Assembly: GCF_009914755.1 (NCBI RefSeq)
Contig: NC_060945.1
DNA from: the human T2T-CHM13v2.0 reference genome, Homo sapiens
Direction: 5' to 3' (one strand)
DNA length: 64,000 nt
Below, piece after piece: positions 10,902 to 35,108 of this stretch (positions within the stretch are counted from its first letter, which is position 1; the number at the start of each line of letters is the position of its first letter). The notes beneath the pieces were generated by a model. It saw only the letters and a list, made by a program, of their open reading frames with translations, was not told the origin of the DNA and made no database searches. The position numbers were made by a program, and so were the translations under genes.

Positions 10902-12659
10902 GTCCACACTGTGGCCTGAGGTGCATCACCCACCTGAGCTTCATCTGTTAGGTATGTCAGGGAAGGTAAGCAGGGTGAGAGAGGCCTCATCAGAGGACCC
11001 CAGATCTCTGGCTTCCCCATCTGACAAGTGCACCTCTGTGAACAAAGACTTCAGAGCCAGATGACAAGAACGGCCCAAGCAGTCCACCAGGGAAACCTGG
11101 GCCCAGTGTACATCAATGCAGAGCATCAAGCACGGTGTAACAGGTGCACAGTTGCCTATTCCTGTTCAGAGATGACTGCGTCCCACACACTGTAAAATGA
11201 GGAAATGCAGAGAAGCAGATGTAACTGAAGAAGACAGCAGGAACAACAAGGAGGGACAACCATGACCTAGGAGGGCACCATGCCAGAGACGCCTGGACCC
11301 TACGCTAGGGTCAGTGCTTGTTATACTCTTGGGACCCAGAGCTTTCCTTCTCCATCATGTGGCATACTTGGCATTATTTGTTGTTTAAAATATTGTCCTT
11401 AGTTTTTACCTTTCCTAGGAGACACAGGCAGACCCTGTGACACTACAGGGTCTGGCACACAGTAGGTGCATCACAAACATCTGCCGACTTCACACTCTGT
11501 TGCCTTCTCAAGCCTTCTTGTCAAGTCTTCAGTGAAAAGGAATTGCTGTTTGAGCAAGAATTAAACTTCTAGAGACTCCTGGATCCACTGAAGTTTGAGA
11601 CAAGGTGAGATTTGTTTACTGCCATATTCCTAGCTCATAGCATACTGTAGTCAATTAAAAAAGTTTGTTGAATCAGTGAGTGAATTGATTCATGTCATAC
11701 TTAGCTATATATTTTCCGAGTAAAATTTATAAATTTAATGGTTTACTTCTAGTATAATTTTACTTTACTTATTCAACGAACCTGACAATTCAACTAGGTG
11801 CCAGGCACACCGCTGCTGAAGAAAAAGAGGTATAAGATACAATTTCTGTCTACAAGAAAGCCACGGTCTAAAAAGTAGAAACATATGAACAAATCATAAC
11901 AATAAACAGGCTAAATTCAAAATCAGAGGGGTTTGTTTCTATTTTAAACAGCTCTTGTCAGGAAGTGCGAGAAAGTTCTAAACAAGAAATGATCAAACAC
12001 ACCATCCAAGCATGAAGCAGAAGACACCCATAATTGAGTTTGCTTCCACCAACCCCAACAGCAAGAATTCCAGTCCTGCTGCTGCAAAGTAAGTGTCACT
12101 CTGATTTTATTACTGCTGTGTAACGCAGTTTTAGACTCTTGGGTTTTCACTTAATGTTCTAAAAAAGTATTAAAGAGAAAATATTTTTATGGTGATGAGC
12201 CCATCCACTGCAGCCATCTCAACATCATACCAATTATAAGCCCTATCATTTAAAAAGAAAACTGTTAGTTTAACTTATTTATCCAAATATCAGTATTAGA
12301 TAAACATGTTTGTCATCAGACTTTGGATTTATGGGTTAAATAGCATATAAATATGATTAGAGCCTTAAAGTTTACACTTTTCTGGTTTGCTCAAATTTTA
12401 TTCAAAATAACATATGTCTTTCAAAAAAATTGTTAGTATATATTTTTAAATGAACATTAAAATATATATTTTCCAAAAACAAAATACAGCTCCCACTGGT
12501 AAATGATGATGTTGAGATACAACAGACAACTTCTCTTGGGAACCATTTAATCAGTGCTCACTTTTGCACTCTTTCCAGAAATGTCAATGGCTTTAAAATG
12601 CAAAAGTATATTATACAACTAAACTTACACTTATCAGTATTGTGCAATATTTAGTACTT

Positions 12660-13210
12660 GTTCTAGCTATCTCTTGCTGAATAGTAAGCCATTCCAAAAC
12701 TTAAGGAATTATTTATTGTTTAATATTGTTTATTGTTATTATTTATTTAGTGATTTTAAATAATGTTATTTCTCATGGTTTTGTGGGTTGACGGGCACTA
12801 CAAAAGTTCTCTTTTGGAGTCTTTCTTGCAGTTGTGGTTGGTTGGCTGCTGCTGAAGTCACCTGAAAACTCAACTAGGCTAAAGAGCCTAGATGGGTCAC
12901 TCACATGGCTGGCAGTGCATGTTGGCTGCTGAGTGTGATGCGTATCTGGCCTCTCCATGTTATCTGGAGTGCTCACAACGTGGTAGTTGGTCCCAAGAGA
13001 CACAGGCAAATACTACAAAGCTTCTTAGGACCTAGCCTTGGAGGTCCTAGAATACAACTTCTGCTCCATCCTGTTGGTAAAGCAAGTCATTGTGATCAGC
13101 ACAGATTCAAGAAATGGGAGATTCGACTCTAACTCTCCATGTAAAGAGCAGCATGTTCATGCAGGGAGGAAAGAAATTGAGGGCATCATCTTGAAGACTA
13201 TCATATTACA
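12660..13210 (-). mobile_element. MLT1-type MaLR LTR
   Basis: tagctatctcttgctg...ttatttctcatggttttgtgggttg...cacatggctggcag, typical antisense MLT1. Confidence 0.6.
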
Positions 13211-13891
13211 CCATTATTCCAACTAATGAACATTATGTTTTAGATGGGTAGTACTAGCTACTCATCTCTCCCCCAGAAACCCAAGCTAAGCATGGACATA
13301 TTGAAGAGAATGTCAACACCATTAAAAAAACTCTAGAAAAATCACATGTGATGACTGAGGTTAATTCAGTCTGTCAATTACATCAATATAATTCCCTCTT
13401 GTAACCCTAAATATGGTGAAGCAGAATTGAATTCTACAAAAGTCTTTCATCTGTTTTCCTATGGAATAATTAACAAACCCAATAAATGTATAAATAGTAT
13501 GAAGTCCAATTTATTTTAGATTTTTACCTCTTAATTTCAAAGCTTATAGAAATCCATAGAACTAATCATCATAATCCATAATGCCTGGACCAGAAGTCCT
13601 TGTTCTAAGAGTGTCTTGTGGCATGCTAAAAACGTATTACTAACTGGGAAATTTAAAACTTTTTGGTTAGTGATTTTAAGAGAGATGACTAGCTCATCAC
13701 CACAATTCACGCAGATCAAGAAAGGAGATTATTCTGCTGAGTGGATTAATAGTGATCAGAAAAAAAAAATCACAAAAGAGGAAAGGAGATAGAGAAGGGG
13801 AAACATACAGTCAATCACTACAATTAAGGTGATTTTTCAAATGGTTTATTTTGTATTTGCAAAGGAAAGGCAGCTTATTGCGATAGAATAA

Positions 13892-15066
<1,175 letters not shown>

Positions 15067-17898
15067 AGGCAGAGACAGAATAAGAGGGCAGAAGAGAAGC
15101 CTACATTCTCATCCACCACACAAAAACACCAAATTTTCACAATTCACTACATTCAAGAAGCACTGTCAAAGGGACTAAAAATTGGGTGAGCTATCACAGT
15201 GCCTGGTATTAACTTCATATCATTGAAACAGACATTGGAGAAGATAAACAAATAAAAGACGGTCTAGAAGCAAGGATGCCACCTCTTTTTCAACCACCAG
15301 TAGTGGCTACATCGTGCAGAGATAGTATGTTTGTGAGAGGGAGAGCATAGTTTGTGAGGCTTTGCAATAAACTCAGTACTACCCTGTCACAGTGAAAAGC
15401 AGAACCAGACTGTACTCAGCTGACATCTCCCAATGGGGGGAGCACTTGTATTGGCCTTACAAAGAGGAATACCTCCCATCCCAGTATTGGGAGCTTCAGT
15501 TTTTACAAGTCTTGCCGTGATGTGTTGACGTGCTATTGGACTCTAAGAGAACTTAAGGGGCAGTCTAGGCCACAAGGACTTCAATTATTAGGCAAGTCAT
15601 ATTCCGAGCTGGGCTCAGAGCCAGTTGAATGTGGAGGGTGGGGAGAATGAGGTCTACTGAGACAGCAACCAGAGAAGCTAAGGGAGTGCTCACAACACCA
15701 CTAACCCACTCCCACCTAGCAGCAGCCACACAACACAGAGAAACCTGTGAATTTGGGAGAGGGAGCGCACAGTGATTAGAGGAACCAGAATAAAAAACAG
15801 TGACAACCAGGTAATACACCATGGGCATTGGGCTCTGAGAAGCGCTAACTTCAGGGGTGACCCAGTACATTTCCAGCTGTGGTAGCTGTGGTGAAAGACT
15901 TCTGTTTGAGAAAAGCAGGGGGGAAAGTAAAGGGACCTCTGCGTTGCACATGATATGCCAGCTCAACCGCAGTGGGGTAGAGCACCAAGCGGATTCTTAG
16001 AGTCCCTGAGTCCAGGCCTAGGGTCTTCTTGGTCAGCATTTCTGCACTTGCCCTGGGCCAAAGGTCGAGTCCCAGGCATTGCAGAATTTATCTCAAGATA
16101 ATTAAAGAGTCCTTGGGCTTTAAGTGAGAAAGTGATGATGATTTGGTGGAAACCCCCCATGGGCCAGTAGTGTTGGCAGTCATAGAAGAGGCTCTTCTGC
16201 CTGAAGACAGGGGAAGGAAGAGTAGAAAATACTTTGTCTTATTCCCTAAGTGCAAGGTTAGCTACAATAAAATAGAAGAGCAGGTAAATTTTGAAGATCC
16301 TATGCTTTAATCTGTGGCTCCCAGGTAGCATCTGTGGACCCACTCATGGCTAGGGGAACTTGCCACCCTATAGGCAGAGACACAATCCTGGCTGACTTTG
16401 CCATCTATTAATCACAGAGTCCTAGGGCTTTGAATAAACTTATATGGTAGCCAAGTAGTGGTTGCAGTGGGCCTTGCGTGAGACCAAGTTCTGTGCCTAC
16501 TTCAGGTGTGAACCAGCACAGTCTCAGTGGTGGTGGCCACAGGAGTGCTTATGTTACCCAAACCCCAGCTCCACATGTCTCAGCACAGAAAGAGAGACTG
16601 CTGATTTGAGATAAAGTAAGGAAAGAGAACATGAGTCTCTACTTGATAAATCAAGAGAATTTTTCTTGATATTAATCCAAGGCCACCAAGGCAGTACCTC
16701 TACGTGTTTGCATAAACTACAGTGCTATTGGGTTTGGGACCCAAGTTTCTTTGAATACCTGGAAAGTGTTCCCAAAATTAATGGGCACTAACAAGCCCAG
16801 ACTGTGAAGACTACAATAAAGACTGAACTCTTCAATGCCCAGATACAGATGAACATCTACATGTATCAAGGCCATCCAGGAAAACATGACCTCACCAAAC
16901 AAGCTAAATAAACTGCCAGGGAAAAATCCTGGAAAAACAGAGATATGTGACTTTTCATACAGGAAATCCAAAATAGCAGGTTGAGGTAATTCAAAGAAAT
17001 GTACAATATAACACAGAGAAGGAATTCAAAATTATATCAGATAAATTTTAACAATGAGATTGAAATAAAAAGAATAAAGCAGAAATTCTGAAGTTAAAAT
17101 GCTATTGTCATACTGAAGAATAGATCAGAATTACTTAAAAGAATTGACCAAGGAGAAGACAGATTTAGTGAACTTGAATTCAGACTATTTAAAAATACAA
17201 AGTCAGAGGAGACAAAAAAGAATAAAAAATAAAGAATGCCTATAGAATTTAAAAAATAGCCTCAACATAGCAAATCTAAGAGTTATTGGCCTTAAATAGG
17301 AGGTAGAAAAAGAGATGAGTTGAATATTTATTTAAATAAATAATATTAAATAATATTGAACAATTCCTCAAATTTGATATCAACATTCGAGTAACAAAAA
17401 GTTACAGAACAGAAAGCAGATTTAACCCAAAGAAGACCACCTCAAGGCACCTAACTGAACTCCCAAATGTTAAGGATAAAGAAATGATTCTAAAAGCATC
17501 GAGAGAAGAGAAACAAATAACATTCAGTGGAACTCCAATACATCTGACAGCAGAATTTTCAGGGAAAAATTTACAGGCTGGGAGACTGGCATGACATATT
17601 TAAAAAGCTGAAGAAAAAAAAAAGACTTTTACTTTAGAATAATGTATCTGGCAAAAAAGTCTCTTAAACTTGACAGAAAAATAAGAACTTTTTCCGACAA
17701 AGAAAAACTGAGGGATTTCATTAACACCAGACCTGTCCTACAAGAAATGCTAAAGGGATATCTTAACCTAAAAGAAAAAAAGTGAGCAAGAAGAAATCAT
17801 CTGAAGGTACAGGACTCACTAGCAATAGCACAAGGAAAAACACAGAATATTATAATATGGCAATTATGGGGTGCAAAAATCTCAAATACAAAGAGTAA

Positions 17899-22526
<4,628 letters not shown>

Positions 22527-23713
22527 ATCTCTGTTTTGCTTGTTTCTTTGTTTATGCAATCAGTGTTAAATTGTCCAGTCTAAAATCATGTATTATATTA
22601 TTTTCAAGCCTCATGGTAATTTCAAATCAAAAAGTGTACCACAGATATACAAAAAGTAAAAAGCAAGAAATTAGATTATAATTCAAGAGAAATCACCTTC
22701 ACTAAAAGGAAGACAGAAAGAAAGGAAAGAAGGAAGAGAGGAAAAAAATCAATCAGAAACAAAAAATAGCAGAAGTAAGTGCTTATGACTGATAACATTG
22801 AATTTAAATGAACTAAATACTCCAGTCAAAAGAAAAATAGTGGATGAGTGGATAGAGAAGCAGAACAATAATCTGTGACCTACAAAAAAACACACTTTAC
22901 CTATAAAGATACATTTAGACTGAAAATAAAAGGATGGAAAAAGTTATTCCATGCCAATAGAGAATAAAAAAAGTAGAAATAGCCATACTTATACCAGACA
23001 AAAATAGATTTCAACAAAAGACTATAGGAAGAAATTAAAAGGTCATTATATGATAATAAAGAGATCAATTCATCAAGAGGATATAATAATTGAAAATATA
23101 TATGCACCCAACACTAAAACACCTAGATAAATGAAGCAAATATTATAAGAGCTAAAGAAAGAGACCTCAATACAATAATGGCTGGACACTTCAACACCCC
23201 ACTTTAGTCATTGGATAGATCTTCCAGACAGAAAATAAATAAAGAAACATCAGACCTAATCTGTACTATAGAACAAATGAAACTAATAGATATTTACAGA
23301 AAATTTCATCCAACAGCTGCAGAATACACATTCTTCTCCTCAGCACATGGGTTATTTTCAAGGATAGACCATACGTTAAGTAACAAGTCTAAAAACATTC
23401 CAAAAAATTGAAGTAATATCAAGCATTTTCTCTGACTACAGGGGATAAAACTAGAAATCAATTAAAAAGGAATTTAAGAAACTATACAAACACATGGACA
23501 TTAAACAATATGCTCCTGAATGATTAGTAGGTCGATAAAAAAGTTAAGAAGTAAATAGAAAAATTTCTTGAAACAAATGATAAAGGAAACATAGCATAGA
23601 AAAACCTATGGAATATAGTAAAGGAGGTACTATTATACAAGGAAAATTTATGTCTGTAAGTGCCTACATAAAAAACAGAAAAGTTTCAAATAAATAACCT
23701 AACAATACATCTT

Positions 23714-24106
23714 TTTTTTCATAATAAAATCAGTGCTTTATGTCACAAAGTTTTGAGACAGTTTGTTACATGGAAATAGCCAGAAAACAGCCCTACACTA
23801 TGATTGGCACGGGGCCCACCCACTGTTCTCCAGTCCCCATGGCTTCTCCACTGCCCTGAAATGCCATAAGAAATTCATTCGGAGCCTGAATAAAATGGAA
23901 TCAAACATTTTCCTACAGGCTATTTTTTTTCAATAACTTCCTCCCAAGATAACCCAAGGATTCAAAATGGTTTGCAGAGCCTCACCATTGTCCTCACTTG
24001 ACAGGAAATATGTAGACAGCCTTTGTTCCCATGGAAAGTTTGAAGAACCTGAATCTGACAAACCACACAGGAGGTAATCTCCTCTTGGCAGAGTTTTCCA
24101 AAGGTG
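23714..24106 (-). other. L1 3'-transduced non-L1 segment (about 390 bp) with its own short poly-A
   Basis: Lies between the L1 tail and the outer TSD AACAATACATCTT; CATAAA on the minus strand (23737-23742) precedes the poly-A. Confidence 0.85.
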
Positions 24107-24364
24107 CTGAATTTCTTTTATTTATTTATTTATTTTTTATTTATTTATTTATTATTATTATTATACTTTAAGTTTTAGGGTACATGTGCACAATGTGCAG
24201 GTTAGTTACATATGGATACATGTGCCATGCTGGTGTGCTGCACCCACTAACTCGTCATGTAGCATTAGGTATATCTCCCAATGCTATCCCTCCCCCCTCC
24301 CCCCACCCCACAACAGTCCCCAGAGTGTGATGTTCCCCTTCCCGTGTCCATGTGTTCTCATTGT

Positions 24365-28182
<3,818 letters not shown>

Positions 28183-28245
28183 TATGATGTTTGCTGGTTA
28201 TTTTGCTCGTTAGTTGATGCAGTTTCTTCCTAGTCTCGATGGTCT

Positions 28246-29262
28246 TTACATTTTGGCATGATTTTGCAGTGGCTTGTACCGGTTGTTCCTTTCCATGTTT
28301 AGCACTTCCTTCAGGAGCTCTTTTAGGGCAGGCCTGGTGGTGGCAAAATCTCTCAGCATTTGCTTGTCTGTAAAGGATTTTATTTCTCCTTCACTTATTA
28401 AGCTTAATTTGGCTGGATATGAAATTCGGTGTTGAAAATTATTTTCTTTAAGAATGTTGAATATTGGCCCCCACTCTCTTCTGGCTTGTAGAGTTTCTGC
28501 CGAGAGATCCGCTGTTAGTCTGATGGGCTTCCCTTTGAGGGTAACCCGACCTTTCTCTCTGGCTGCCCTTAACATTTTTTCCTTCATTTCAACTTTGGTG
28601 AATCTGACAATTATGTGTCTTGAAGTTGCTCTTCTCGAGGAGTATCTTTGTGGCATTCTCTGTATTTCCTGAATCTGAACGTTGGCCTGCCTTGCTAGAT
28701 TGGGGAAGTTCTCCTGCATAATATCCTGCAGAGTGTTTTCCAACTTGGTTACATTCTCCCCGTCACTTTCAGGTACACCAATCAGACGTGGATTTGGTCT
28801 TTTCACATAGTCCCATATTTCTTGGAGGGGTTGCTCATTTCTTTTTATTCTTTTTTCTCTAAACTTCCCTTCTCACTTCATTTCATTCATTTCATCTTCC
28901 ATCGCTGATACACTTTCTTCCAGCTGATTGCATCATCTCCTGAGGTTTCTGCATTCTTCACGTATTTCTCAAGCCTTGGTTTTTGGCTCCATCAGCTCCT
29001 TTAAGCACTTCTCTTTATTGGTTATTCTAGTTATACATTCTTCTAAATTTTTTTCAAAGTTTTCAACTTCTTTGCCTTTGGTTTGAATGTCCTCCCGTAG
29101 CTCAGAGTAATTTGATCATCTGAAGCCTTTTTCTCTCAGCTCATCAAAGTCATTCTCTGTACAGCTTTGTCCCGTTGCTGGTGATGAACTGTGTTCCTTT
29201 GGAGGAGGAGAGGCGCTCTGCTTTTTAGAGTTTCCGGTTTTTCTGCTCTGTTTTTTCCCCAT
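28246..29262 (-). pseudogene. L1 ORF1, canonical 1017-nt span with a premature stop
   Basis: ATG at 29262, stop at 28246; TGA at 28875-28873 where consensus has CGA. Confidence 0.9.
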
Positions 29263-30896
29263 CTTTGTGGTTTTATTTACTTTTGGTCTTTGATGATGGT
29301 GATGTACGGATGGGTTTTTGGTGTGGATGTCCTTTCTGTTTGTTAGTTTTCCTTCTAACAGACAGGACCCTCAGCTGCAGGTCTGTTGGACTACCTGGCC
29401 CTGTGAAGTGTCAGTCTGCTCCTGCTGAGGGATGCCTCCCAGTTAGGCTGCTCGGGGGTCAGGGGTCAGGGACCCACTTGAGGAGGCAGTCTGCCCGTTC
29501 TCAGATCTCTAGCTATGTGCTGGGAGAACCACTGCTCTCTTCAAAGCTGTCAGACAGGGACATTTAAGTCTGCAGAGGTTACTGCTGTCTTTTTGTTTGT
29601 CTGTGCCCTGTCGCCAGAGGTGGAGCCTACAGAGGCAGGCAGGTCTCCTTGAGCTGTGGTGGGCTCCACCCAGTTCGAGCTTCCCGGCTGCTTTGTTTAC
29701 CTAAGCAAGCCTGGGCAATGGTGGGCACCCCTCCCCCAGCCTCACTGCCACCTTGCAGTTTGATCTCAGACTGCTGTGCTAGCAATCAGGGAGACTCCAT
29801 GGATGTAAGACACTGTGAGCCATGTGTAGTATATAATCTCCCGGTGCACCGTTTTTTAAGCCCGTCGGAAAAGTGCAGTATTTGGGTGGGAGTGACCCGA
29901 TTTTCCCGGTGCCTTCTTTCACCCATTTCTTTGACTAGGAAAGGGAACTCCCTGACCCCTTGCACTTCCCGAGTGAGGCAATGCCTCACCCTGCTTTGGC
30001 TCGCACACGGTGTGTGCACCCACTGACCTGTGCCCACTGTCTGGCTCTCCCTAGTGCGATGAACCCGGTACCTCAGATGGAAATGCAGAAATCACCCATC
30101 TTCTGCATCGCTCACGCTGGGAGCTGTAGACTGGAGCTCTTCCTATTCAGCCATCTTGGCTCCTCTTCCTGAATTTCTTTGAACAATACATCTTAATTAA
30201 CTAGAATGAAAAGACCAAACTTAACCCAAAATTAGAAGAAAATAAATAATAAAGATTAGAGCATAAGTAGATAAAGTTAAAATAATGAAAATAATGTAAA
30301 GAATTAATGAAAGACAAAGTTGATTTTTTGAAAAGTAAAACTATTGACAAATATTTAAACAGGGTAACTGAAAAACAGAAAAGATACAAATTAGTAAAAT
30401 CAGAGGTGAAAAAGGAGACATTACAAGTAACGCTTCAGAAAAGCAAAGGATCATTAGTGAATACTATCTGCAATTTTATGCCAACAAATTAGAAAACCTA
30501 GACGAAATTCTTAGACACACCCAACTTACCAAGATTGAACTAGGAATAAATCTAAAACCTGAACAGACAGATAACAATTAACAAAATTAAAGCCTTAATA
30601 AAAAAGTCTGTTTAGACCAGACTGAAAACTAGAGAAGGAAAGAACATTTCCAAACTCATTCTTTGAGGCTAGTATTACCCTGATATCAAAACCAGACAAA
30701 GACATATTAAAAAAAGCAAACTACAGGCCCATATCTGAGAATATTGGTGCAAAAATTTGCAAAACACCTAGCAAAGTGAATTAAACAATACATAAATAGA
30801 TAATTAATAATGACCAAGTGGGATTTATCCCAGGGATGCAAGGATAGTTCAACATGCAAATCAATCAATGTGATACATCACATAAAGAGAATGAAG

Positions 30897-31219
30897 GGAC
30901 CAGGCACAGTGGCTTACACCTGTAATCCCAGCAATTTGGGAAGCCAAGCTGGGTGGATCACCTGCAGTCAGGAGTATGAAACCAGTCTGATCAACATGGC
31001 AAAGCCCCGTCTCTACTAAAATTACAAAAATTTGTCAGGCATGGTGGTGGGCATCTGTGATCCCAGATACTCAGGAGGCTGAAGAAGGAGAATCACTTGA
31101 ACCCAGGAGGCAGAGTTTGCATTGAGCTGAGACCATGCCATTGCACTCCAGCCTGGGTGACAGAGGGAGACTTCATCTCAAAAAAAAAAACAAAAAAACA
31201 AAACAAAACAAAAAAAAAA
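30897..31219 (+). mobile_element. AluS (Sx/Sz-like)
   Basis: Alu dimer with A-rich tail. Confidence 0.9.
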
Positions 31220-31631
31220 CAAGGACAAAATCCATATAATAATTTCAATTATGCTAAAAAATTTTTGATAAAATTTAATATTCTTTAATAATAAAAAACC
31301 CTTTGAAAACTGGGTATGTAATGAACATACCTCAATATAATAAAAGTCATATATGACAGACCCACATAATAAAAGTCTTATATGACAGACCCACAGCTAG
31401 TATCACACTAAGTGGGGAAAAACTAAAAGCCTTTCCTCTTAAATCTGGAAGATGACAAGAATGTCCACTTTTACCACTGTTATTCAACATAATGCTGAAA
31501 GTCCTATCTGGAGCAATCAGACAGAAGAAAGCAATAAACCGCATCCCAACTGGAAAAGAAGTCAAATTACCTTTTTTTTTTTTTTTTGCCAACGATATAA
31601 TCTTATATTGGAAAAAGCATAAAGACTCCTC

Positions 31632-33952
31632 TGATAGGGTTTGAATGTGTGTCCCCTCCCAAATCTCATATTTAAATGTAATTCTCAATGTTGGAGATGG
31701 ACCTGGTGAAAGGTGATTTAACTATTGGGGTGGATTACTGATAAATGGCTTAGCACCATCCCATTTGGTGCTATCCTCCTGATAGTGAGTGAGTTCCCAT
31801 AAGATCTGGTTATTTAAAACTGTGTAACAACTCGCCCTTCTGTTTTTTGCTCCTTCTTTTTGCCCTGTGATGTGCAAGATTCTGCTTCAACTTCTGCCAT
31901 GACTGTAAACTTCCAGAGACCTCCCCAGAAGCATATTCCAGTGCTATGTCTTCTCTACAGCCTGTAGAATCATAAGCCACTTAAACCTGCTTTGTAAAAA
32001 ATAAATTATACAGTCCCACTCTAATAGTGATGCAAAAATAGCTTAAGACAGAAAATTGGCACCAAGGAATGGAAAATGGTTATAAGAATACCCCAAAATG
32101 TGGAATCAGCTTTGTAATTGGGTAAACAGGCAGAAGTTGGAACAGTTTGTAGGATTCAGAAGACAGAAAAATGAGGGAAAGTTGAGATTTTCTTAGAGAC
32201 TGGTTGAATGTCTGTGACCAAAATGCTGATAGTGATCTGGACAGTGAAGGCTGGGCTGAGGAGGTCTCAGATGAAAACTAGAAACTTATTGGGACTGAAA
32301 GAAAGGCCATGCATGTTGTCTTAGCAAAGTTGTTGGCTGAATTTCTGTCATGCCCTAGGGATATATAAAAGTTTGAATTTGAAATTGATGATTTAGGTTT
32401 TCTGTTGGAAAAATTTGTGATGTGGCCTGGCTGCTTCTAACAACCTATGCTCACATGATCTAGCAAAAAAAAAAATAATAAAATAAGTAGTAACTTATAC
32501 TTACAAAAGAAGCATAGTGTAAAACCTTGAAAATTAGCAGCCTAGTCGTGTGGCTGAAATATACAAAGCTTTTATAAGAGAGGAAATCAAGCAGGATATG
32601 GGTCAACAACTTGTTAGAGATATTTGTATAACCTAAAAAAAAGCAAGTGTTGATAGCCAAGACAATGGGAAAGAGGAATTGAAGGCATTTTAGAAATCTA
32701 AAAGGCAGCCCCCCATCATAGGCCCTGAGGCCTAAAAGAAGAGAATAGTTTCTGGGATCAGGCCTAGGACCTGCTGCCTTGGGTAGCTTTGGAACAAGGC
32801 TCCCTGCATCCTGGCCACTGCTTCAGCTCCAGGTGTAGCTCAAGTTGACCCAGTTACAACTCCAGTCACTGCTTCAGAGGGTGCAAGCCATAACCTTGGT
32901 AGCTTCCATGTGGTGTTAGGCCTGTGGGTTTACCAAATGCAAGTAGTTGAGACTTGGGAGCCTCCACCTTTATTTCAAATGATGTATGAAAAAGCCAGGG
33001 TATGCAGGCAGAAGCATGCTGCAGGGGTAAAGCCCTCATGGAGATCCTCTACTAAAACAATGGAGAAAAGAAATGTGGGATGACAGTCCCCAGGCAGGCT
33101 CCCCACAAGGTCATGGCCTAGTAGATCTGTGAGGAGAGGATCACTGTCCTCCAGGTAGAACCTTCCCAAAGCATTAGTGTGCCCTGGAAATGGGACACAG
33201 AGTCAAAAATAATTATTTTGGAGCCTTATAATTCAATAACTGCCCTTCTGGGTTTCAGAATTTCATGGGTCCTGTGGCCCCTTTCTTTTGGCTGATTTCT
33301 TCATTTTAGAATAGGAGTATTTACCCAATGCCTCTGCCTCATTTGTATCTTGGAAGAACCTCACTTGTTTTTATTTTTTTTATTTTACAGGCTTATAGGA
33401 GGAAGAAATTAGCCTTGTCTTAGATGAGACTTTTGACTTTTGAGTTAAGGCTGAAATCAGTTAAGACTTTGGGGATTATTGGGAAGTCATGATTGCATTT
33501 TGAAATATGAGAAGGATATGAAATTTGGAATGGCCAGGAGCAAAATGATACAGTTTGGATGTGTATTCCCACCAAAATCTTATATTGAAATATAATTCTC
33601 AATGTTGGAAGTGGGCCTAGAGGGGAGGTGATTGAATCATGAGGGCAAGATTTCCATGAACAGTTTGGCATCATTTCCTTTGGTGCCATTCCCACAATAG
33701 TAAGTTTTTATCAGAGCTGGTTATCTACAAGTGTGTGTCACACTTCCCACCTGCCCTCGCACTTACCATGTGATGTGCGAGCACCAGATTTATTTTTCGC
33801 CTTGTCAGTTGTCAGAGGCTTCCCCAGAAGCAGAAGCCAGTGCTATGCTTTCTGTATAGTGTGTAGAACCATGAACCAATTAAACCTATTTTCTTTATAA
33901 ATTAACCAGTCACTAATTACTTTTTATAGCAATATGAGAATGGCCTAATACA
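31632..33952 (+). mobile_element. Complete MSTA MaLR element (LTR 31632-32050, internal 32051-33545, LTR 33546-33952)
   Basis: Two TGATA...ACA LTRs around a MaLR internal region; TSD TCCTC/TCCAC; host L1 aaagactccaccaaaaa is restored on removal. Confidence 0.88.
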
Positions 33953-34296
33953 TCCACCAAAAACTATTAGAAGTAATAACTTGAGTAAATTTGCAGAATA
34001 CAAATCAACATATACAAATCAGTAGGATTTCTATATGCCAACAGTCAACAAACTGAAAAAGAATTCAAAAATGTAATACTATTTGCAGTAGCCACAAATA
34101 AAATGTGTGGGAATTTACCAAAGAAATAAAAGTTCTCAACAATTAAAACTGTAAAACACTGATAAAATACATGAAAAAGGACCCCAAAATTGGAAAGATA
34201 TGTTTATGTTCACAGATTGGAAGAATCAGTATTTTTAAAATGTCCATACAATCCATAGCAATCTATACATTTCATGCCATCTCTATCAAAATAACA

Positions 34297-34588
34297 GGCC
34301 AGGGGCAATGGCTCATGCCTGTAATCCCAGCACTTTGGGAGGCCAAAGTTGGTGGATCATGAGGTCAAGAGCTCAAGATCAGCCTGGCCAACTTGGTGAA
34401 ACCCCTCCTCTACTAAAAGTACAAAAAATTAGCCAGGCATGGTGGCAGGTGCCTGTAATCCCAGCTACTCAGGAGGCTGAGTCAAAGAATTGCTTGAACC
34501 CAGGTGGTGGAGGTTGCAGTGTGTCGAGGTCACATCACTGCACTCCAGTCTAGGTGACAGAGCAAGACGCCATCTAAAAAAAAAAAAG
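34297..34588 (+). mobile_element. AluS (Sg-like)
   Basis: Alu dimer, ggatcatgaggtcaag. Confidence 0.9.
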
Positions 34589-34907
34589 AAGAAGACATTC
34601 CTCACAGATATAGAAAAAAAATTCTGAAATTTATATGGAAACATCACACACCATAATAGCCAAACTATGCTGAGTATATAAAACAAAACTGGAGGAATTC
34701 CATTACCTGGTTTTAAATTATACTACTAAGTTATAGTAATTAAAACAGCATGACACTAGCATAAAAACAGACATAAAGAGAGATGGAACGAAATAGATAC
34801 CTTAGAAACAAACTCATACTGCTAAATCAATTTTCAACAAAAGTGTCAAGAACATACAATAAAAAATAAGACAGTTTTTGTAATAAATAGGGCTGGGAAA
34901 ACTGGCA

Positions 34908-35108
34908 TTCTGTATGAGGGACAAACATTCAGATCCTCACAGCAGTGTACTGGAATCCTATGTGAGGGACAAACATTCAGACCACAGCAGGAGTGTTCTG
35001 GAATCCCCTGTGAGGAACAAACATTCAGACCCTCGTAGCAGTGTTCTGGAATCCTATGTGACAAACATTTAGAACCCAGCAGCGTTCTGGAATCCTATGG
35101 GAGGGACA
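34908..35108. repeat. CER (48-bp centromeric) satellite, about 4.3 monomers
   Basis: acaaacatt recurs at 34921, 34969, 35017 and 35061; monomer ctggaatcctatgtgagggacaaacattcagacc...agcagtgtt matches recalled CER. Confidence 0.88.

Noticed and set aside
34908-35108. CRISPR-like appearance of the regularly spaced repeats (also at 56668 and 58581)
   Set aside because: Head-to-tail tandem monomers without unique spacers, in primate DNA with no cas genes.
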